Source: Fastidiosibacter lacustris | GTDB lineage: Bacteria > Pseudomonadota > Gammaproteobacteria > Francisellales > Francisellaceae | Assembly (NCBI RefSeq): GCF_003428155.1 | Contig: NZ_QLIR01000017.1 | Span: forward strand, 7,976-39,975 | Length of the DNA stretch: 32,000 nucleotides | Direction: 5' to 3' | Shown here: piece after piece, positions 18,297 to 24,293 of the stretch | Layout of the letters: each line of letters opens with the position of its first letter | Position numbering within the stretch: position 1 is the stretch's first letter | The notes under the pieces: model-generated | Seen by the model: the letters and a program-made list of their open reading frames with translations, nothing else | What the model was told of the DNA's origin: nothing | Databases searched by the model: none | Program-made: the position numbers and the translations under genes

Positions 18297-18952
18297 AAGG
18301 CGACTTGTGTTTTTAGATTAACCATATTGCTTTCTTTTTGCTTAAGCTTCCGCTCATGTTGACGATCTAAGCTAAGCAGCAAGTAATTCAGTGCTTCCTC
18401 GCAATTAGCAAGGTAGCGCTCACTATATTGACGGAAGCTATAAAAAGCGAGCAAACTCATCAATGCTAAAGCGATACCAAAGGCAGTGGCATACATTGCT
18501 TGAGATAAATACGTGATCATGTTATGTAACCCATTACCATCTAGCGATTGTGCTAAAGCTGCAAAAGAATGACTCATGCTCCAAATTGTTCCTAAAAGCC
18601 CGAGCATAGGTGAAATAACTGCAAATAGGTTTAACCAAATAAGTGGTCGTTGCATACGTTGACGCTGTTTCCTAAGCAAAAGACAAAGCTCACTCTCAGC
18701 AATGTGTTTTGATTCGATAAAGAGTGGTTTTATGTATTTTAACAACGGTTTTTTAAGCTGACCTAAGCATGCATTAAGTTCTTTCTTATTGTCTTGATTG
18801 ATTGCTAAAATCATATCAGAAACTCGTTTTAAATTTAGCTTTGGCAAGCTCAAAAAAGTTAATGCTCTTTCGATGCAAAGTGCCACAATAATAAAACTTA
18901 CCACCAACATGGTATATCCGATTACACCAAATTGAGTAAAAAGATGATTCAT
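18293..18952 (-). CDS. exbB: MotA/TolQ/ExbB proton-channel protein
   Basis: 219 aa with 3 TM segments. The conserved C-terminal half is LGLLGTIWSMSHSF...MYATAFGIALAL. It is paired with exbD. Confidence 0.85.
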   Translation of the reverse strand: MNHLFTQFGVIGYTMLVVSFIIVALCIERALTFLSLPKLNLKRVSDMILAINQDNKKELNACLGQLKKPLLKYIKPLFIESKHIAESELCLLLRKQRQRMQRPLIWLNLFAVISPMLGLLGTIWSMSHSFAALAQSLDGNGLHNMITYLSQAMYATAFGIALALMSLLAFYSFRQYSERYLANCEEALNYLLLSLDRQHERKLKQKESNMVNLKTQVAL

Positions 18953-18957
18953 GACTG

Positions 18958-19770
18958 TTATACAACCTTTTCTAAAAACGTTTGTTCATTCATCGCCTGT
19001 TGCTGCTTTGCTTTTTTTGTCATTGCAACCAAAACGGCTCTTAACATCGACATATTGGTAACAACATGATCAAAAGAAATGTAATGATTCTTGTGTGTGC
19101 TTTGTAGCCACATTCCCTCCTGATCAAAGTAAATCATTTTAATGTCCGTATCTTTATCTTCTTTTTTAATGGCAAATAAATCACAATAAAGATGAAGTGC
19201 TGCTTGGTGATCTTGATTCATATGCTCAACCGCACTATTGATCATTTGTAGATTAAACGTTTGTAACAGGCAAAAATCCTCTTTAACTACCCAGTTGATA
19301 TCGCCAAACCCACCAATAAAGCGAACTTTTTCAATTGTTAGTCTATAAAAATGAAAATCGTGCATTTTATCTTGATAATGTGCTGAATCAGGGAAAAACT
19401 GCACATAAATTTTAGCTGCCTTTTCTTCATCTTGAGAAGGCACTAAACGTCCCATTATTGTCACACGTCCGGCTTGTTGAATATCTTGTTTATCATCCTC
19501 AATCACTGTTAAAGACACCTTATCATCTTTAGCAATGTTACGTGTATGCTGAGCTAACTTACTGATATATAAAATCAAATCTCCTTGTTCATCAAAAGCA
19601 TACTGCACTAAAGAACCAAATGGGTAGCCTGGCATAGCAATAGATTGAGTTGCTAATACACCATAAAGCTTTTGTTTCGCCAATTGTCTTGCCCGTATTG
19701 CAATTTGTTGTTTTTTACGTTCACTTGTATCTGATGATACTCCATGAACTGATAATTGTTCCTGCGTCAT
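18958..19770 (-). CDS. Heme-iron utilization protein of the HugZ/HOZ type (PNPOx-like split barrel plus DUF2470-like domain), a probable heme-degrading enzyme
   Basis: The N-terminal split-barrel pattern is YGVLATQSIAMPGYPFGSLVQYAFDEQGDLILYISKLAQHTRNI...GRVTIMGRL. The C-terminal domain carries the DUF2470 hallmark VEHMNQDHQAAL. It is the first gene of the Fur-box-controlled heme operon. GGAGA RBS. Confidence 0.7.
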   Translation of the reverse strand: MTQEQLSVHGVSSDTSERKKQQIAIRARQLAKQKLYGVLATQSIAMPGYPFGSLVQYAFDEQGDLILYISKLAQHTRNIAKDDKVSLTVIEDDKQDIQQAGRVTIMGRLVPSQDEEKAAKIYVQFFPDSAHYQDKMHDFHFYRLTIEKVRFIGGFGDINWVVKEDFCLLQTFNLQMINSAVEHMNQDHQAALHLYCDLFAIKKEDKDTDIKMIYFDQEGMWLQSTHKNHYISFDHVVTNMSMLRAVLVAMTKKAKQQQAMNEQTFLEKVV

Positions 19771-19784
19771 AAATGTCTCCTAAT

Positions 19785-19803
19785 AAGAATGATAACCACT
19801 ATC
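19785..19803. promoter_or_regulatory. Fur box (proximal)
   Basis: AAGAATGATAACCACTATC matches the 19-bp consensus GATAATGATAATCATTATC at 15/19 positions by my own alignment. It lies between the predicted -10 and the start codon of the heme operon. Confidence 0.6.
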
Positions 19804-19812
19804 AAATAGTGG

Positions 19813-19831
19813 TTAAATGATAATGGTTATT
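19813..19831. promoter_or_regulatory. Fur box (distal, overlapping the -10)
   Basis: TTAAATGATAATGGTTATT matches the Fur consensus at 13/19 positions, including the ATGATAAT core. It overlaps the predicted -10 hexamer. Confidence 0.5.
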
Positions 19832-19844
19832 ATTTTTAAATCAA
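19817..19844 (-). promoter_or_regulatory. Sigma70-type promoter of the heme operon (TTGATT-N16-TATCAT)
   Basis: On the minus strand, the -35 TTGATT lies at 19844-19839 and the -10 TATCAT at 19822-19817, with a 16-nt spacer. Phased A/T tracts (TTTTTTAAAATTTTTAAATT, 19855-19878) upstream resemble an UP element. Confidence 0.45.
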
Positions 19845-20259
19845 TAAAAAATGAAGTAATTTTTTAAAATTTTTAAATTGTGTAGCTATCTATATTTTCT
19901 ATCATTAAAAACCTTTTAAGAGACAAAACCATTTGGTATGCTTCTAATCAAGACTTCGATAATGAAAGAACAATGTTCGATCCCCTGTGCAACATAACTG
20001 CTATAAGCGGCTAGCAAAAAAAGGGAAGAGTGATGATTATTTGCAATTTTAACATATGCCATAAACATTAAACTTACTAAACATCTAGAGAATAGTGCTT
20101 CATATAGATTTTCAACTGAATGTTGAAACTGTGACAGAATTTCCAATTTACATGGGAATTATCTCTATACAGTTTCTAAAGAATACTGAGTTTAAAATTT
20201 GATTTTTATCTATATCAGTTTCTAACTCATATAAAGGACGGATAAGTCCATAAAACAAG

Positions 20260-21450
20260 CTAACATGCTTCAATAATACCAGCTGCCCCCATACCAGTAC
20301 CAATACACATTGTAATCATGCCATATTTTTTACCAGTGCGCCTTAAGCCATGTAATGCTTTCACCGTCAAAACAGCACCAGTTGCACCCAATGGGTGACC
20401 TAATGCAATTGCCCCACCACAAGGATTCACTTTAGCCTCATCAAGTTTTAACTCATTCATAACTGCTAATGACTGCGCTGCAAAGGCTTCATTTAACTCA
20501 ATCCAGTCAATATTTTCCAATGTAAGATTGGTTTGTTCTAGCACCTTTGGAATCGCTTTGATTGGTCCAATGCCCATAATACGTGCTGGGACACCAGCCA
20601 CAGCAAAACCTAAAAACTTTCCTAGTGGCTTCAAGTTATGTTTTTTAAGATATGATTCACTGACAAGCACTACAGCAGCAGCACCATCTGAAACTTGTGA
20701 GCTATTACCTGCTGTAACAGAACCGCCTTCTGCAAATACAGGTTTTAGCTTTGCAAGTGCTTCAAGGGAGGTATCAGCACGCGCACCTTCATCTTGTTGA
20801 ATAACTTTCTTGTGATCGATGATTTTATCTTTTGCTTCATCTGGCTTTCTATGATGCACTTCAACAGGAACAATTTCATCTTTTAAATAACCATTTTCAA
20901 TTGCACTCAATGCTTTTTGATGACTTTTTAATGCAAACTCATCTTGTTGTTCACGAGAGATATTCCAATCTTTTGCAACATTTTCTGCGGTAATCCCCAT
21001 TCCATAAGCAATAGCTACATTCTCATCTTTTGTGAATATTTCACTACTAAACGAAATATTATGTCCACCAAATGGAATCATGCTCATTGATTCAATCCCA
21101 CCTGCAATAGCAACCTCCATATTGCCCCTGGCAATTTCATTAGCAGCAATCGCAATCGATTGAAGCCCTGAGCTACAATAACGGTTAATCGTAAAAGCAG
21201 GCACTGAATCTGGCAATCCTGCTAAAAGCGTTGAAATACGTGCCACATTCATCCCTTGCTCACCTTCTGGCATCGCACATCCTATGACAACATCACCAAT
21301 ATCTTCAGGATTAATTCCTGACTCTTTTACCGTTACGCTTAATATATCTGCTAATAAATCATCTGGTCGCTTCTTAGCAAAACCGCCACGCTTACCTTTT
21401 GTGACAGCCGACCTTTTAGCAGCAACAATATATACATTTTGTTCACTCAT
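20260..21450 (-). CDS. fadA: 3-ketoacyl-CoA thiolase (acetyl-CoA C-acyltransferase)
   Basis: Active-site Cys motif INRYCSSGLQSI, and thiolase signatures NEAFAAQ, NPCGGAIALGHPLGATG and MCIGTGMGAAG. GGGAG RBS. Confidence 0.93.
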   Translation of the reverse strand: MSEQNVYIVAAKRSAVTKGKRGGFAKKRPDDLLADILSVTVKESGINPEDIGDVVIGCAMPEGEQGMNVARISTLLAGLPDSVPAFTINRYCSSGLQSIAIAANEIARGNMEVAIAGGIESMSMIPFGGHNISFSSEIFTKDENVAIAYGMGITAENVAKDWNISREQQDEFALKSHQKALSAIENGYLKDEIVPVEVHHRKPDEAKDKIIDHKKVIQQDEGARADTSLEALAKLKPVFAEGGSVTAGNSSQVSDGAAAVVLVSESYLKKHNLKPLGKFLGFAVAGVPARIMGIGPIKAIPKVLEQTNLTLENIDWIELNEAFAAQSLAVMNELKLDEAKVNPCGGAIALGHPLGATGAVLTVKALHGLRRTGKKYGMITMCIGTGMGAAGIIEAC

Positions 21451-21479
21451 CAGAACACACTCCCAATTTTAATTTTCTT

Positions 21480-21547
21480 TAACTGGAGTGACTTATGCTT
21501 TTGCAATTTTTTATCGTTAAAAGTAACAACGTGAGTCACTCCAGTTA
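21480..21547. repeat. 14-bp perfect inverted repeat (TAACTGGAGTGACT ... AGTCACTCCAGTTA) with a 40-nt spacer, in the fadB-fadA intergenic region
   Basis: Read directly from the sequence: left arm 21480-21493, right arm 21534-21547. It occupies most of the 133-nt gap between the fadB stop (21584) and the fadA ATG (21450). Confidence 0.8.
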
Positions 21548-21583
21548 TTTACATCAACTTGATTAATTTTAATCCAGTCAAAC

Positions 21584-24277
21584 CTAATTTCTCAATGGCT
21601 TCCCAGTTTCTAACATATACTGCATCCTCGCAGCACTCTTCTCAGACAAAGCAAGTTCAACAAAGTTTTCAAGCTCGCGTTTCAGTAACCAATCCTCAGA
21701 CACTAATGTATCTTTTTCAATTTCACCACCACACATCGCATCAGCAAGATTTGTTGCAATCTTATAGTCATGTGCTGAGATCTGATTACCATCACGCATA
21801 TTCACTAAAAGACCTTTCACTGTTGCAATCCCCGCTTCACCAAAGACTTTGACAGGCAGTTTCAATGGTGGTTGATATCCACAATAGGCAAGGTATTTAG
21901 CTTTTTCAATTGCAACACTTAAAATTTCTTTGCTATTCATTACAACTGTATCGCTTTCACACAAAAAGCCCATTTCAATTGCTTCATAAGCACTTGTTGC
22001 TACTTGCGCCATTGCTAAATTCTTATAACGTTTTTCAAATTCTTTCCAAGGATCTTGAGCAACTGATGCACGTTTTGCCATCTCTTTTGAACCACCCCAG
22101 CCAGGAATAATGCCAACACCTGCTTCCACTAAACCAATATAGCTTTCATGAGCAGCCACAACTGCATCGCAGTGTAAAAGAATCTCGCACCCACCACCAA
22201 AGGCAAAGCCTTTTACCGCTGCTACCACTGGGATTTTACTATAACGCAACTCTTGAGTGATGATTTGATGCCCCTTTTGAATAACCTCATACACAGCATC
22301 TTTACCATTCATCATGAACTTAAAGCCAAATTCCTCAAGGTTTGCACCTGCTGAAAAAATATCTTGTTCTTGCCAAATGACCATTGCTTTTAATTTTTGC
22401 TCGACAATCTTGATGGCTTGTGAAATGCCATCTAATACATCCGAACCAATTGCACACATTTTACTTTTAAAGCTTAAAATGCCCACCTCACCATCAATTG
22501 TCCATAAACGTACGCCTTCATTCTCATAAAGTGTCTCTGCTAGAATATCGCTATGCTCGTTAAACACATAATCTTGAATCAATTGTCGATCATATACCGG
22601 TAGTTGCTTGCGTGTTATCAAAGCATTATTTGCAAAGCTAAAGGATTGATTGTCACCATAAACCCCCTCTTTTAACTCGTGCACCCAATCTGGTAATGCT
22701 CGCGCTGACAAAGTCTTACCTAACCTAATATCTTCCTCTATCCAATGGATGACTTTGTGCCAACCTGCTTGCTGCCAAATTTCAAAAATTCCCTCTTTCC
22801 AACCAAAGCCCCAACGAATCGCCAAGTCCATATCTTTAGGATAATTTGAAATTTCACCTACAAGACAAGCTGCGTAATGAAAGTTATCTCTAAAACATGA
22901 CCATAAAAATTGTGCTTGTGGGTGATTTAGATTTTTTAATTTCTCAAGTTTTACTGACCAGTTTTTTTCAGCCAAAATTTCTATTACTTCTTTATCTGGC
23001 TTTTGATCAGATAAACGATAGGTTTTGGTTTCTAAATCCAATACTTTTAAGCCATCTTTTTCTTTAACATAGAACCCTTTTTTAGTTTTCTGACCAAAAG
23101 CACCTTGCGCCAGTAGCAAATGAATCCAGTCTGGCAGTTTATATACCTTCTCCCAACCATCTTTAAGATTGTTTGCCATTGTATCGACCACGTGACCAAA
23201 GGTATCAAGCCCAACAACATCTGCTGTTCGATAAGTTGCACTTTTAGCACGCCCTAGCTTTTTACCCGTTAAACCATCAACAACTTCCAATGGAATATTA
23301 AATTTTTCCGTGTAATAGCAAGTTGCCAACATAGAAAAGACGCCTAAACGGTTTGCAATAAAATTTGGAGTGTCTTTGGCACGAATAATGCTCTTACCTA
23401 ATTTTTGCACCAAAAAGGTTTCGAGCTCATCTAATACTTCTGGCTTGGTTGTATGATGAGGAATAAGTTCAACCAATGGCATATAGCGTGGCGGATTAAA
23501 AAAGTGTACCCCACAAAAACGTGCATGCAGTTGTTCTGGCAAGCTTTTAGTTAATGCCTTAATACTTAATCCTGAAGTATTAGACGCAAGAATCGCTTTA
23601 CTTGAGACATATGGTGCTATTTTGTGATATAAATCCTGCTTCCAATCCATCCTCTCAGCAATTGCCTCGATAATTAATCCACAATCTTTCAATTTCTCTA
23701 AGTCGTCATCGTAATTCGCCGCGGTGATATAGTGTATCGCTTTAGATGAACTAAATGGTTTAGGATTGAGTTTCTTGAGTTTCTCAAGTGATGCTTCAAC
23801 TAAAGCATTGGCTGAGCCTTGCTTTGCTTTTAAGTCAAATAAAACAACTGGAATCCTAGCATTACCAAAGTGTGCTGCAATTTGAGCCCCCATGACACCT
23901 GCTCCTAAAACCGCAACCTTCTGAATACAACGCTGAGCTTGCATCTCACTTAATAAGGGTTGATTTTGAGTATGACTATTTTCTTGTTTAGCTGATACCG
24001 ACATTTTTGGTGCAATTTCTACTTTATCACCAAAAACAGATAAATAGCCTTTCATTGCCTCTTCTTTGCTTTGCCCCTTGATCGAATTCCAAGCCATCCA
24101 CTTTGCGCGCTCAACCATTTTTAACACCGACGGGCATTTGCCATCAACATCACCCACTGTTGCCTGTTTATAAAAGGCGTATAGTTTTAATTTCTCAGTG
24201 TTATCTGGTTTGAACTCAATGGTCGCATTGCGTACTGCTTTTACCATTTCATTAAACTTTTGCTCCAACTCACTCAT
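21584..24277 (-). CDS. fadB: Fusion protein: acyl-CoA-binding protein (ACBP) domain + 3-hydroxyacyl-CoA dehydrogenase + enoyl-CoA hydratase (FadB/FadN-type)
   Basis: I prefer the ATG at 24277, which has an AGGAGA RBS and lies 17 nt after the fadE stop. The track start at 24385 would overlap fadE by 92 nt. The N-terminal ~85 aa carry ACBP hallmarks (KLYAFYKQATVGDV...KAKWMAWNSIKGQSKEEAMKGYL). Next comes the NAD-binding motif VAVLGAGVMGAQIA (3HCDH), then a C-terminal crotonase fold (IFSAGANLEEF, FAFGGGCEILL). Confidence 0.9.
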   Translation of the reverse strand: MSELEQKFNEMVKAVRNATIEFKPDNTEKLKLYAFYKQATVGDVDGKCPSVLKMVERAKWMAWNSIKGQSKEEAMKGYLSVFGDKVEIAPKMSVSAKQENSHTQNQPLLSEMQAQRCIQKVAVLGAGVMGAQIAAHFGNARIPVVLFDLKAKQGSANALVEASLEKLKKLNPKPFSSSKAIHYITAANYDDDLEKLKDCGLIIEAIAERMDWKQDLYHKIAPYVSSKAILASNTSGLSIKALTKSLPEQLHARFCGVHFFNPPRYMPLVELIPHHTTKPEVLDELETFLVQKLGKSIIRAKDTPNFIANRLGVFSMLATCYYTEKFNIPLEVVDGLTGKKLGRAKSATYRTADVVGLDTFGHVVDTMANNLKDGWEKVYKLPDWIHLLLAQGAFGQKTKKGFYVKEKDGLKVLDLETKTYRLSDQKPDKEVIEILAEKNWSVKLEKLKNLNHPQAQFLWSCFRDNFHYAACLVGEISNYPKDMDLAIRWGFGWKEGIFEIWQQAGWHKVIHWIEEDIRLGKTLSARALPDWVHELKEGVYGDNQSFSFANNALITRKQLPVYDRQLIQDYVFNEHSDILAETLYENEGVRLWTIDGEVGILSFKSKMCAIGSDVLDGISQAIKIVEQKLKAMVIWQEQDIFSAGANLEEFGFKFMMNGKDAVYEVIQKGHQIITQELRYSKIPVVAAVKGFAFGGGCEILLHCDAVVAAHESYIGLVEAGVGIIPGWGGSKEMAKRASVAQDPWKEFEKRYKNLAMAQVATSAYEAIEMGFLCESDTVVMNSKEILSVAIEKAKYLAYCGYQPPLKLPVKVFGEAGIATVKGLLVNMRDGNQISAHDYKIATNLADAMCGGEIEKDTLVSEDWLLKRELENFVELALSEKSAARMQYMLETGKPLRN

Positions 24278-24293
24278 TAAGGGTCTCCTGTAA

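Noticed and set aside
19916-20146. 76-aa minus-strand ORF from the track, located between the heme operon and fadA
   Set aside because: It starts with TTG, has no Shine-Dalgarno sequence upstream, and has no ATG until codon 27. It has no recognisable motif, and its composition looks like translated AT-rich spacer. I treat it as non-coding (see the spacer finding), though a degraded gene remnant cannot be excluded.
21559-21852. 97-aa plus-strand His/Gln/Ser-rich ORF
   Set aside because: It lies antisense to the well-supported 3' end of fadB. It is a low-complexity shadow of the opposite-strand codons.
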